Part shown: in pieces, positions 1-9,890 of the stretch
Numbering within the stretch: position 1 is the stretch's first letter
Layout: every line of letters begins with the position of its first letter
DNA from: Rappaport israeli
Lineage (GTDB): Bacteria; Pseudomonadota; Gammaproteobacteria; Cardiobacteriales; Cardiobacteriaceae
Direction of reading: 5' to 3'
NCBI RefSeq assembly: GCF_001888055.1
Contig: NZ_LXHZ01000015.1
Location: forward strand, 18,552-50,551
DNA: 32,000 nucleotides
Made by a program: the position numbers and the translations under genes
Notes under the pieces: model-generated
What the model was told of the DNA's origin: nothing
Seen by the model: the letters and a program-made list of their open reading frames with translations, nothing else
Databases searched by the model: none

Positions 1-309
1 TGGACGCTTGCTAAAGGCTTTGACGGCGCGGCGAGTGTATCGCAATTTATTCCTGCCTCAGAGTTAGAAATAAGCCAAGGTCTGCATTTCTCCCTCACCC
101 TTAACGGAGAAATTGTCCAACGTGGGCATAGCGCGGATATGCTGTGGACGATTGACGAGCAAATTGCCTACATTAGCCAGTTTTGTACTTTATCTGCAGG
201 AGATTTGCTCTTTACTGGCACGCCAGCAGGCGTTGGGCGCTTACACAGTGGGGATAATTTGCAACTAAATTTAATGGATAGTGTGCAGGCGGATTTTAAA
301 GTTTCGTAA
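1..309 (+). CDS. fumarylacetoacetate hydrolase (FAH) family protein, C-terminal fragment (5' end outside the window)
   Basis: Frame 1 is open from the window edge to TAA at 307-309. The tail ...AGDLLFTGTPAGVG...NLMDSVQADFKVS matches the conserved FAH-fold C-terminus. Confidence 0.75.
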   Translation, partial: WTLAKGFDGAASVSQFIPASELEISQGLHFSLTLNGEIVQRGHSADMLWTIDEQIAYISQFCTLSAGDLLFTGTPAGVGRLHSGDNLQLNLMDSVQADFKVS

Positions 310-388
310 AGTGCCTTGATAAGTGCGCGCATTATCTTTTGAGGTGTTGAGCTGTTAGAATGCGCCGTTTTAATTATGGGTGAGAAAG

Positions 389-718
389 ATGAGCGATTTG
401 GTGTGTCCACAATGTAGTAGTGATTATGCCTATCATGATGGGCTGAATAACGTCTGTCCAGAATGCAGTTTTGAATGGAACGAATACAGCGACTTAGAGG
501 ATACCCCCCAAGTATTGGATGTAAACGGTACGCCATTAGCCGATGGGGATAGCGTAACTTTGATTAAAGCGCTAAAACTTAAAGGCAGTTCTCAAGTGCT
601 AAAGCAAGGAACAAAGGTTAAAAATATTCGCCTAGTGCCTGAAGGCGACCATAATATTGATTGCAAAATTGACGGCTCGCCTATGATGCTTAAATCAGAG
701 TTCGTCAAGAAAAGTTAA
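389..718 (+). CDS. phnA: zinc-ribbon PhnA/YjdM family protein
   Basis: ORF 380-718. It has an N-terminal CPQC...CPEC zinc ribbon and a C-terminal ...[16 protein letters not shown]...[20 protein letters not shown], typical of PhnA/YjdM. ATG 389 (MSDLVCPQC) is preferred over GTG 380. Confidence 0.9.
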   Translation: MSDLVCPQCSSDYAYHDGLNNVCPECSFEWNEYSDLEDTPQVLDVNGTPLADGDSVTLIKALKLKGSSQVLKQGTKVKNIRLVPEGDHNIDCKIDGSPMMLKSEFVKKS

Positions 719-857
719 CAGCATAATGATGAAGGAAAAATTACCGCAACCGCTACAAGCCCTGCATAAACGCTTGTATAATCGTCAACCATATTTGGCG
801 CTGATGCGCGGTAGTTGTAATTAAAATATTGTTAAATTTCAAAACCTAGGGCAAACG

Positions 858-1277
858 ATGAGCATTGCACAATTTATACAAGCCAATCTCTTTTTATTTA
901 TTCTATTAGGTGCGCTTATTGTCGCCATTATTGTTTATGAATGGCGTCAAAAAGGTCAGGGAGGCAAAACAATTAGCGCTTTAAATGCCTCTTTGTTGAT
1001 TAATCAAGGCGCTTATTTAATCGATACGCGCGCGCCCGCAGATTATAAAAAAGCACATATCGCAGGGGCGAAAAATCATCCTGCTGAACAGTTTGATGCC
1101 GACTTTAAGCGCATTAAAGCGTCTAAAGATAAGCCAGTGATTGTCTATTGTCAGATGGGATTGAGCGCTAAAACGCAGGCTCAATACTTGCGCGACCAAG
1201 GCTATCAAGAGGTGTATGTATTAAGCGGTGGGTTGCAAGGTTGGCATGAGGAGAATTTGCCCACAGTGAAAGGCTAG
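858..1277 (+). CDS. rhodanese-like domain protein with an N-terminal transmembrane helix
   Basis: 139-aa ORF with a hydrophobic N-terminus (LFLFILLGALIVAIIVY) and a rhodanese active-site loop context (VIVYCQMGLSAKTQA...LSGGLQGW). Confidence 0.8.
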   Translation: MSIAQFIQANLFLFILLGALIVAIIVYEWRQKGQGGKTISALNASLLINQGAYLIDTRAPADYKKAHIAGAKNHPAEQFDADFKRIKASKDKPVIVYCQMGLSAKTQAQYLRDQGYQEVYVLSGGLQGWHEENLPTVKG

Positions 1278-1327
1278 GCACTCAATACGAGCTTATTTCT
1301 ATTTTTATTTTTTAAGTTGAGGAAGTT

Positions 1328-1582
1328 ATGAAACCAGTAGAACTTTATATTAAAACCACTTGCCCTTATTGCCAGCGGGCGTTGCAATTATTAGATGATA
1401 AAGGCGTGCGCTATAGCACGGTGAATTTGCTTCAATTTCCTGAGCGTCGCGATGAGATGATTGAGCGCGCCAATGGACGCACGACTGTGCCGCAAATTTT
1501 TATCGGTGAAACGCATGTTGGCGGATTTGATGATTTAAATGCGCTAGAAAAAGCTGGCAAACTTGATGCGTTATTGGCGTAA
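1328..1582 (+). CDS. grxC: glutaredoxin 3
   Basis: 84-aa ORF with the CPYC redox motif, TVPQIFIG and GGFDDL motifs. An RBS-like ggaag lies upstream. Confidence 0.9.
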   Translation: MKPVELYIKTTCPYCQRALQLLDDKGVRYSTVNLLQFPERRDEMIERANGRTTVPQIFIGETHVGGFDDLNALEKAGKLDALLA

Positions 1583-1587
1583 ATGAA

Positions 1588-2837
1588 ATGCGCTTATTAC
1601 CCAGTCGTATTGGTTTGCGCTATAGCTACGCGCGCCGTGGAAGTCAGTTTATCGGGCTAAACTCTATTTTAGCGATTATTGGTATTACCATCGGCATTGC
1701 GGCATTGATTGCGGTGTTGTCGGTGATGAATGGGGTGGTAACTGAGGTGCGCGATAAGATGTTATCGATGACAGCGCATGTTTCTTTGCGCCCGAGTTTT
1801 AGTGAGACCATTGCGCCTGATTTTGATGCGGGCGCTTCTTTGGCGGGGATAAAAGAAGTGCTGGCTTATGCGCCTTTTGTGCAGGGTCAGGGTCTAATTG
1901 GCGATGGCAATCGCTTTCAAGGTGTGCTGATTCAAGGGGTGGATGCAAACGAACAGGGCAAGGTATCCAGCGCTTTTGCCAATATTGATGAGGCGGTTAA
2001 GGCTAAATTGCAACCTGAGCAATTCAATATCATTTTGGGCAAGGGTTTGGTGGCGCGCTTAAATGCCCAAGTTGGCGATAAAATCACCGTTATTGTGCCT
2101 CAGGTGAGCGCTTCAGCGGTGGGGCTATTGCCGCGCTTAAAGCGTTTTACTTTAATTGGGACGTTTGTCAGCGGGCATAGTCAGTTTGATAGTCAAGTGG
2201 CGCTCGTTTCAGCGGCAGATGCAGCAAAATTATTGCAATTGCCTGAGGGAGTAACGGGCTATCAGATTATGCTAGATGATGCGCTTAAAGCGCCAGTGGT
2301 GCGCGAGCGACTCAATCATAGCGGGCGGTTAGCGCCAGAGGTTTATGCCAGTGATTGGAGTATTGACCAAGCTTCTTATTTTAGTGCGGTGCAAACAGAA
2401 AAAAATGCCATGTTTATTATCTTGAGCTTGATTATTATTGTGGCGGCGTTTGGTTTGTTGTCGTCGATGTATATGGTGGTTACGGAGAAAAAACGTGATA
2501 TTGCCATTTTGCGCACAATGGGATTAACGCGCGGGCAAATTCGGCAAGTGTTTTTAACCCAAGGCATGATTTTTGGCGGGTTGGGAACACTGTTAGGCAT
2601 TGGTTTGGGGGTGGTGATTTCGTGGAATATTCCGCCATTATGGGATTCTTGGAACGGCAAACGGGGTATCAATTACCGCAAGACATGTATTTTATTTCGC
2701 AGTTAACCGCTAAAGTTGACCCTGCGGTGGTGTTGGGGGTAACGGTGATTACGTTATTGTTGACGTTGTTATTTTCTGTGATTCCTGCACAAATTGCTGC
2801 TAAAACTGAACCAGCGAGAGCGCTTTCTCATGAATGA
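1588..2837 (+). pseudogene. lipoprotein-releasing ABC transporter permease, LolC/E (LolF-like) family; reading frame broken by one missing base (possibly a sequencing error)
   Basis: ORFs 1588-2706 and 2622-2837 are the two halves of one LolC/E-type protein. The N-terminus reads RIGLRYSYARRGSQFI and the tail reads ...FISQLTAKVD...SVIPAQIAAKTEPARALSHE. The span is 1250 nt (3n+2). The frames can be joined near 2635-2640 (ccgccatta). Confidence 0.85.
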
Positions 2838-3555
2838 TGCGGTATTAAACGAGACATTAAAACAGGGGCAGGATTGCGTGTTATCGGTGCGTAATCTTCA
2901 ATTTTCTTATCAGCAGAAAAATTCAGAACCCTTGCATATTTTGCAAGGGGTGGATTTATGTTTGCGTGCTGGTGAGAGTGTGGCGATTGTGGGCGCCTCA
3001 GGCTCGGGGAAAAGTACGTTATTACATCTTTTGGCAGGATTGGATACGCCAAATGGCGGAGAGGTTTCTATTGCTGGCGAGGTGTTGAGTGCCGCTTCAG
3101 ATACTCGGCGCAGTCAGTTGCGCAATCGTTATATGGGGTTTGTCTATCAATTTCACCATTTATTGCCAGAGTTTAGCGCGTTAGAAAATGTTGCCATGCC
3201 GTTGCGGATTGCTGGATTGAGCGCTAAAAAAGCGCAAGCACGCGCGCAACTGTTGCTTAATGAGGTGGGATTGGAGGCGCGGACTGGGCATTTGCCAGCA
3301 CAATTATCAGGTGGGGAGCGTCAGCGGGTGGCGATTGCGCGTGCGCTGGTTAATGAACCAACTTGTCTATTAGCAGATGAACCTACAGGGAATTTAGATG
3401 AAAATAATGCAGCGCAGGCTTTTGCGTTGATGCGGCGGATTGTTACGGCGCAAAATAATGCGATGATTGTGGTAACACATGATATGTCGTTGGCGCTTCA
3501 GATGGATCGTTGTTTTTATTTGCTTAATGGGCGCTTGCAACCTTATCAGGCATAA
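2830..3555 (+). CDS. lolD: lipoprotein-releasing system ATP-binding protein LolD
   Basis: Walker A GASGSGKST, signature LSGGERQR and Walker B LLADEPTGNLD are present. ATG 2830 overlaps the permease stop (ATGAATGA). Confidence 0.9.
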   Translation: MNDAVLNETLKQGQDCVLSVRNLQFSYQQKNSEPLHILQGVDLCLRAGESVAIVGASGSGKSTLLHLLAGLDTPNGGEVSIAGEVLSAASDTRRSQLRNRYMGFVYQFHHLLPEFSALENVAMPLRIAGLSAKKAQARAQLLLNEVGLEARTGHLPAQLSGGERQRVAIARALVNEPTCLLADEPTGNLDENNAAQAFALMRRIVTAQNNAMIVVTHDMSLALQMDRCFYLLNGRLQPYQA

Positions 3556-3700
3556 TCCAAATTTTAATAAGGTTAGATGCTAAGGGAGAGCTGTCTGCTG
3601 ATGCGCGCGGTCAAATGGTTGGATTTGACAGTGGCGCTACTTCATGGCGATTTCTTTGTTTTTTCCTCATTCTTAGCGCTTTAATGCTTCGTATTTGAGA

Positions 3701-4239
3701 TTATTTGTGTTCTAGGCGTTTTTGTAGGGCGCGTTTTTTGCGGGTGCGTTTGTATAAAACAATAGTGAATCGCCACCAATAATAAACGACCATGTAGGTG
3801 AGGGCGCCAGCAATAATGCCGACGATGATAGAGCCTGAAAATAAGGGCATGAGAATTCTGCCACTAAAGGCAACCAGCTTATCTTCACTAAAAGATTCTG
3901 GGTTGAGCGAGTGGGCGGGCATATGTAATAGCCATACGCCAATGCGGTAGTTGAAATAATAAATTGGAACGGCGGTAAAAGGGTTGCTCCATAAGGTGAA
4001 GAGGACGGCACAGGGAAGGTTAACGCGCATTAGGCAGGCGGCAAGCGCTGCCATGGGCATTTGAATGGGAAGGGGAAGAGTGCCAAAAAAAGCTCCAATG
4101 GCGGCGGCAGAACTAATAGAAAAGCGATTGACGCGCCAGATGGCAACATTACCTAGGCGACTCATGATGGGTTTGAGGATGCGGTAGGTTTTGAGTTTGT
4201 CGCGACTTGGGAGAATGCGTTTGAAAAGAATTTTGCCAT
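3701..4239 (-). pseudogene. DUF2062 domain membrane protein; N-terminal frame broken by one missing base
   Basis: ORF 3701-4165 has the DUF2062 core (GAFFGTLPLPIQMPMAALAACLMRVNLPCAV...NPFT). The same frame continues upstream as GKILFKRILPSRDKLKTYRILKPI without a start codon. ATG at 4239 (MAKFF...) is in another frame. Adding one T to the coding-strand T4 run (4224-4227) gives MAKFFFKRILPSRDKL. The span is 539 nt (3n+2). Confidence 0.7.
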
Positions 4240-4325
4240 GGGGTTGGGAATGAATTGTACAAAATCGCCTATTTTAACGTATTTGACGCGAAGTATTGGA
4301 TTTATCTGTTAGGTGTTAGGAGCTA

Positions 4326-6173
4326 ATGCAGATGGGGAAGGTGTTGGGTGTGGTGGTGTTGGCGATGGGGTTGGCGTATGTGGTGGGTGTGCCAAGTGTT
4401 GGGTGGGCATGGGGAATTTTGCTGCTGGCGGTGTTGGTGGCAGGGATTTGTGTGTGTATGCGGTGGGTTGGTGGGGTTTGGCTGTGTGGGTTTGTGGCGG
4501 TATATGCTTGGGGTGGGGTGCAACAGGCGCAGCAGTGGCATCAGTTGGCGTTGTTAAATCAGCAGGCGCGCTGTGAGGCGGTGGTGCAGGTGGTGGATTT
4601 TGCGCGGGCGTCTGTGCCTGTGGGGCAGCGGGTTGCTGGGGTGGTGGTAGAAGCTAAAAGCTGTCCGTTGGTTGATGGTGCGCGGTTGTTATTGCGCGAT
4701 TATGAGCGGTTATCTTGGGAGTTGGGTGGGGTGTATGCCGTGGGATTGCATTTGGCGGCGCGCGCTCAGGAGTTGCGCAAGGGGAAGGCGGCAATTTCGG
4801 CAACGGTGGTGGATGCGCCTAGATTGGTCTCTATGAAAGGTGGGGGCTTGGCGTTGCGCGCGGGGTTAGCGCAAAGGATTGAGGCGCGTTATGCTCAGCA
4901 GACGCGTCGCTGGTGGCAGGCGTTGTTGATTGGAGGGCGGCAGGATTTATCAACGCAGGATTGGGCGGTGTTGCGTCGTAGTGCGACGGCGCATTTATTG
5001 GCGATTTCGGGATTGCATTTGGCGTTGGTGGCTTTGGCGGTTTTTTGGTTGGTGCAGGGGGTTGCGGCGTATTGTGGGGGATTGCAACTCGCGTTGCCCC
5101 TCGTTCTTTGGCGCTTGTGGCGGCTTTGGTGGTGGGGTTGGTTTATGTGGGGGTGAGTGGGGCGCAAGCGCCTGTGGTGCGGGCGTGGTGGATGTTTGCG
5201 TTATGGGCTGGGCATTGGTTTTATGCGCCGTTGCGTGGTGGTTTGTTGGCGTTGATGCTAACGGCGGTGGGGTTGTTGCTCTATGATGGGGCGATTCTTT
5301 TTAGTGCGAGTGCGTGGTTGTCGTTTTATGCAACCGCGGTGGTGATTGTGTTGTATCGGCGCTATCACAGACGGCGTCCGTTGGCGATTTGGTGGCGGGT
5401 GCAGTTGGGGTTGACGCTGGCATTGTTGCCGCTTGGGTGGGCGATTTTTGGTGGGGTGAGTGTGGTGGGGTTTGGGGGTGAATTTGTTATTGGTGCCGTG
5501 GTTGGGTGTGGTGTTGTTTATGGGGTATTTGGGCTTGGTGTGGGCGTGGGCGGCGCCTTGGGCGGATGCGATGATGGGGTTGTTTTTGCAGACGATGTCG
5601 TTTTTTGCGCAGTGGGAATGGAGCTATATTGTGCCGCGCTGGCAGCCTAATGTGGCGTTGGCTGGGGTGTGGTGTGCGGGGGTGTTGTTGGCATTATTAG
5701 GGCAATGGCGATGGGTGTGGGGCGCTTTGGGATTGGCACTGATGTTGGCGGTTGGGCAGTTATGGCCGCGTATGGATTATGTGGTGCTAAGAGAGCGTCC
5801 ATTGCTTGCTGTGATTACGCAGGGGCGGCAGGCGTTTGTGGTAAATGCAGGGTATCGGCATCACAAGGGGATAGATGAGGTGGAGACATTGGTGTTGCCA
5901 TTGGTGCGCCAGCGTGGGTTGTCGGTGGCGGCGGTGTTGTTGTTAGAGGATAGCAAGCGCGCGACAACAGGGTTAATCACGCTAAAAACATATGCGCCTG
6001 AGATGGCAGTTTATACGTTGCGACCGTTGTTATCCTTGCCTTTTGAAAGCGTGTATTGTCCACAAGAGGCGGTTTCGGGCGTGGTGTTTTATCGCAAACG
6101 GCAGTGTGAGGCGCTTGTTGGGGGGCGTTTTGTGGTCAATACGCAGGGGGTGTGGGAGGTGTTTAGGCAATAA
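4326..6173 (+). pseudogene. comEC: DNA internalization-related competence protein ComEC/Rec2; two compensating frameshifts
   Basis: Three overlapping ORFs (4326-5156, 5045-5650, 5460-6173) occupy frames 0/2/0. Together they give a ComEC competence domain (HLLAISGLHLALVA, WLSFYATAVV, NLLLVPWLGVV). The total span is 1848 nt (3n). AGGAG lies upstream of ATG 4326. Confidence 0.75.
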
Positions 6174-6245
6174 GGGGTGAAAAAGCGTTGGTGAATGTGG
6201 GTAAAAGCATTAAACTATCGCCTTTATTTTCAATTAGTAGAGTGT

Positions 6246-7082
6246 ATGAACGACGATTGTGAACCGAAATCGCCTTCTTGGGTGCAACGCCTTTCCTCTC
6301 TTTGGTCAGATAATCCTTCAACAGAGGGACATTTGCAGGAGTTTTCTGAAGTTTTGATGCGTTTGCGTGAAAATCAATTATTAAACGATGATACGGCTGC
6401 GATGATGGAATCGCTGTTGCATATTTCTGAAACGCAGGTGCGCGATATTATGGTGCCACGTGGGCAAATGGTGGTGATTGAAAAGGATTGGTCAATTGAG
6501 AAAATTGTGGCGGTGATTTTAGAGTCTGGGCATTCGCGCTATCCTGTGGTTGATGAGGCGCATGAGCGCTTGCATGGGATTTTATTGAGTAAGGATTTGC
6601 TTCCGTTATTAAGTGAAAAAGCGCAGGCGCAGGATTGTTTAAATCGCATTCGTCCTGCAACGATTGTCCCTGAGAGTAAGCCACTAGATGCGATGTTGCG
6701 TGAGTTTCGCATTAATCGTAATCATATGGCGTTGGTGATTGATGAATACGGTAATTTATCTGGATTGGTAACCATCGAGGATGTGATTGAGGAAATTGTT
6801 GGCGAGATTGATGATGAGCATGATAAGGTCGCCGATATTAATATTTTGGATAATGGCGATGGTAGTTATCAAGTTAAGGCGCTAACCGATATTGAAGAGG
6901 TCAATGAGGCGTTGGGGCTAAATTTGAGCAATGAAGACGTCGATACGATTGGGGGCTATATTTTGATGCAGATGGAGCGCATGCCTGTTGTGGGCGAAAC
7001 GCTAACATTTGACGGTTGGCATATAACGATTACTAAAGCCAATCAGCGCCGAATTATTAGCATTTTAATGCGCCCTGAATAG
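6246..7082 (+). CDS. corC: CBS-pair/CorC_HlyC domain magnesium-cobalt efflux protein CorC (YbeX family)
   Basis: Contains VRDIMVPRGQM, tandem CBS domains and the transporter-associated C-terminal domain. ATG 6246 (MNDDCEPK) is preferred over the upstream 6195 start. Confidence 0.85.
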   Translation: MNDDCEPKSPSWVQRLSSLWSDNPSTEGHLQEFSEVLMRLRENQLLNDDTAAMMESLLHISETQVRDIMVPRGQMVVIEKDWSIEKIVAVILESGHSRYPVVDEAHERLHGILLSKDLLPLLSEKAQAQDCLNRIRPATIVPESKPLDAMLREFRINRNHMALVIDEYGNLSGLVTIEDVIEEIVGEIDDEHDKVADINILDNGDGSYQVKALTDIEEVNEALGLNLSNEDVDTIGGYILMQMERMPVVGETLTFDGWHITITKANQRRIISILMRPE

Positions 7083-7092
7083 GGCGTTTTTT
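7071..7092 (+). terminator. rho-independent terminator of corC
   Basis: The cgccct / gaat / agggcg hairpin is followed by T6 (7087-7092). The stop codon lies within the hairpin. Confidence 0.7.
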
Positions 7093-7249
7093 ATTGGGGG
7101 TCGCTAAGATTTTTTGATGGCACGATGCTGGGAGTTTAGATTTAAGGTTGATAAGGGGATTTCTACCGCTAGTGCCGAGGGAATTGACTAAAATATTTAG
7201 CTGGGTGCGTTGCTTTGTTAATGTGCTTTTGTGCATAGGCAATAGATAA

Positions 7250-7284
7250 TTTTTGCCACTGCTTACTTGGGGCAGTGGCAAAAA
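7250..7284. other. 13-bp-arm inverted repeat (tttttgccactgc ... gcagtggcaaaaa) downstream of mmsA; possible non-canonical terminator
   Basis: GC core 7255-7262 pairs with 7272-7279, with a 9-nt loop. The flanking T5 and A5 pair with each other, so no free U-tail is left on either strand. Confidence 0.35.
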
Positions 7285-7299
7285 TAGGGTTAGAGTGAG

Positions 7300-8807
7300 T
7301 TAGTCGTTTGAAGTGGGCATAGAGAAGGCTGAGTTTTGTTCACTGGGCGCATTCCAGCGTTGCATAATGGATTTTTGCTTGGTGTAAAAACGTACGCCTT
7401 CTTCGCCGTAGGCGTGCATATCGCCAAATAAACTGCTTTTCCAACCGCCAAAACCATGCCACGCCATTGGGACGGGAATGGGGACGTTGATGCCGACCAT
7501 GCCTGCTTGAACTTCTTGGGCGAAGCGGTGGGCGATGTGTCCGCTATTAGTGTAGCAGACGGCGCCGTTACCAAATGGATGCTCATTAATCAGTTCAAGT
7601 GCTTCGTCAAAATTGGCGACGCGTACGCATGATAAAACGGGTCCGAATATTTCTTCTTGGTAGATACTCATGTTCTTTTGTACATGGTCAAATAGGGTTG
7701 CGCCTATCCAATAGCCGTTTTCGCAATCTTGACCAGCATCTTTGGGGTTAAATTCTCGTCCATCAACAATTAGGGTTGCGCCTTGTTCAACGCCTCTTTG
7801 GATGTAGTTCTGGATGCGTTCTAATGCGGAGGGGTTAATGATTGGCCCCATATCGGCGTGGGACTGTTTGCCGTCTAGGATGTTTAATTGGCTAATACGT
7901 TGGCGCAATTGTTCAATAACTTTATCACCAATCTCCCCGACTAATAGGCAACAGATATCGCCATGCATCGTTCGCCAGCACTGCCATAAGCAGCGCCCAT
8001 GAGTGCATCGCAGGCTTTATCAAGGTCGGTGTCGGGCATGATAATCATATGATTTTTTGCACCACCAAGTGCTTGAACCCGTTTACCATGGTGAGCGGAT
8101 TTTTCATAGATGGCGTTGGCGATTGGGGTTGAGCCAACGAAGCTTATGGCTTTGATATCAGGGTGTTCAATTAGGGCATCAACAGTTGTTTTATCGCCTT
8201 GAACGACGTTGAAAACGCCGTCTTCTAATCCAGCTTCACTGAGTAGTTCGGCAAGTAATAGACTAACACTTGGGTCGTTAGGACTTGGTTTTAAAATAAA
8301 AGTGTTGCCACAAGCAAGCGCTATGGGGAACATCCACATGGGTACCATGGCTGGGAAATTAAAGGGGGTGATTCCTGCGACAACGCCGAGTGGTTGACGA
8401 ATGGTCCAATTATCAATATTAGAGGCAACGCGTTCGCTGTATTGTCCTTTGAGGAGTTGGGGAATGGCGCAGGCAAATTCAACGATTTCAATGCCGCGCA
8501 TGACTTCACCTTTGGCGTCGCTAAAAACTTTGCCATGCTCTTCGGTGATGATTTGTGCGAGTTGGTCGTGATGTTGGTTGAGTAGTTGTAAAAAGCGCAT
8601 GAGGATGCGAGCACGTTTTACTGCTGGGGTTGTTGACCATTGTGGGAAAGCATCTTTGGCAGCTTGAACGGCTTGGTTAACGTCTGAGTGTGTAGCAAGT
8701 AGTACCTCTTTGTTGCTGCTGCCATAGGCAGGGTTGTAGATATTTTGTTTTTGACTGGAGTTTGCATTGGTGCGTTGTCCGTTGATGTAGTGATTGATAA
8801 TTTGCAT
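7300..8807 (-). pseudogene. mmsA: CoA-acylating methylmalonate-semialdehyde dehydrogenase (MmsA/IolA); one missing base
   Basis: ORFs 7941-8807 and 7300-7968 are the N- and C-terminal halves. The break falls in the conserved [17 protein letters not shown] | LLVGE segment. Coding-strand gttgcctatta would read AISVALLVGE if cc were ccc (+ strand gg at 7947-7948). The span is 1508 nt (3n+2). Confidence 0.9.
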
Positions 8808-8834
8808 GGTTTCTCCTTAGATATGAATTTAGAA

Positions 8835-9890
8835 TTAAGGGGTTGGCGTTAGATTTTGTATTTGCCCGCTGCGAAGGGATTGGGTGAGTGCAATGGCAAT
8901 TCGGGTGGCTTCAGTGGCATCGTTTAGAGTGAGCGGTGGGGGGATTTTGCCAAGGCAGGCGTTGCTAAAGGCTTGTAGCTCATTGATAAATGCTTGTTCA
9001 AAACGGGTAAAAAAATCTTCAAAACAATGGTGGGTTACGCCGTGGGCGTCGCTTTGGATGACAGCATGGCGCATAGCGCCGAGTCCAACGAGTAACTTGC
9101 CATCCGTGGCAATGATCTCACTGCTGGTTTCATGACCATGGGCGAAGGTGCGAGAGGCATAGAGATTGGCGAGTTGTCCGTTTGTAAATACGATGGTGCT
9201 AATGGCGTTGTCTACATCTTGATACTTGGAAAGTTCAGGATGTTTGGCGCAGGTGCCTGAGGCATAGACGTGACGGACTGTGGGGGCGTTGCCATGTTTA
9301 TCAGCGAGTAGCCAACGTGCCAGATCGATATCGTGAATGTTGCAATCTAGGATAATCCCACCTGAGCTTTGCGAAAATTTAACAAAAAATCCACTAGGGT
9401 CGAATTTGTCACAGGTCTGTGAGCGAATGTAGAAGGGTTGACCAATTTTCCCTGCATCAATACTGGCTTTGGCGGCGAGATAATGTGGGTCAAAGCGCCG
9501 TACAAAACCAACCATGGCAATTTGTTTAGGATAGCGTTGCTGGGTTTGTTGATAGGTCTTTTCAACTATTTGGCAGTCAGCTAGATTTAGTGCTAGCGGT
9601 TTTTCAACCAATAGATGCTTGCCTGCTTGCAGTACTTGGATACTTTGTTGAGCATGTTGGTCTGTGGGGGTGGCTAGAACAACGGCATCGAGTTCAGGGG
9701 TGGTGAGTAATTCTTCTAAGGTTGTATAGACATGGGGAATATTTAGGGTTTGCTGGGCGTATTGTTGCTCGTGAGTTTCAGGGCTGGCGGCGGCAATAAG
9801 GCGAACATTGGCAATGTGCTGGCACAAATTCTGTGCGTGACGCTTGCCTAGTCTTCCTAAGCCGACAATGCCGATGTTTAATCTTGTCAT
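8835..9890 (-). CDS. Gfo/Idh/MocA family oxidoreductase (second inositol-dehydrogenase-like enzyme)
   Basis: N-terminal Rossmann GIVGLGRLG, the EKP motif (LLVEKPLA) and FVRRFDP are present. It lies in the iol operon and shares an ATGA overlap with the upstream iolG. Confidence 0.75.
   Translation of the reverse strand: MTRLNIGIVGLGRLGKRHAQNLCQHIANVRLIAAASPETHEQQYAQQTLNIPHVYTTLEELLTTPELDAVVLATPTDQHAQQSIQVLQAGKHLLVEKPLALNLADCQIVEKTYQQTQQRYPKQIAMVGFVRRFDPHYLAAKASIDAGKIGQPFYIRSQTCDKFDPSGFFVKFSQSSGGIILDCNIHDIDLARWLLADKHGNAPTVRHVYASGTCAKHPELSKYQDVDNAISTIVFTNGQLANLYASRTFAHGHETSSEIIATDGKLLVGLGAMRHAVIQSDAHGVTHHCFEDFFTRFEQAFINELQAFSNACLGKIPPPLTLNDATEATRIAIALTQSLRSGQIQNLTPTP

Noticed and set aside
168-536. 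122-aa minus-strand ORF spanning the FAH gene end and the phnA start. Similar antisense ORFs occur inside lolD, mmsA, iolG, iolD, sucC, sucD and the MFS gene, for example 2828-3052, 8321-8614, 14232-14582, 26202-26708 and 29044-29463.
   Set aside because: They are nested antisense to genes with strong family motifs. They have no RBS, and their compositions are skewed. They are shadow ORFs.
726-824. Small unannotated ORFs in intergenic regions: a 32-aa ORF at 726-824 (MMKEKLPQPLQALHKRLYNRQPYLALMRGSCN) and a 35-aa ORF at 3577-3684 (MLRESCLLMRAVKWLDLTVALLHGDFFVFSSFLAL)
   Set aside because: Neither has a convincing RBS or a family resemblance, and the sequence alone gives no conservation information. 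They cannot be supported as genes.
4313-6180. Many overlapping ORFs in all six frames within comEC: 4313-4576, 4323-4541, 4348-4557, 4895-5167, 4930-5286, 5669-5878, 5992-6180
   Set aside because: The G+T-skewed sequence is depleted of stop codons on both strands. The translations are low-complexity (G/V/W/C/R-rich or P/H/T/Q-rich) and have no start signals. Only the ComEC-like frames carry recognisable motifs.
7057-7281. 74-aa basic ORF in the corC-mmsA intergenic region
   Set aside because: It overlaps the corC terminator and the 7250-7284 inverted repeat. It has no RBS and no recognisable motif.
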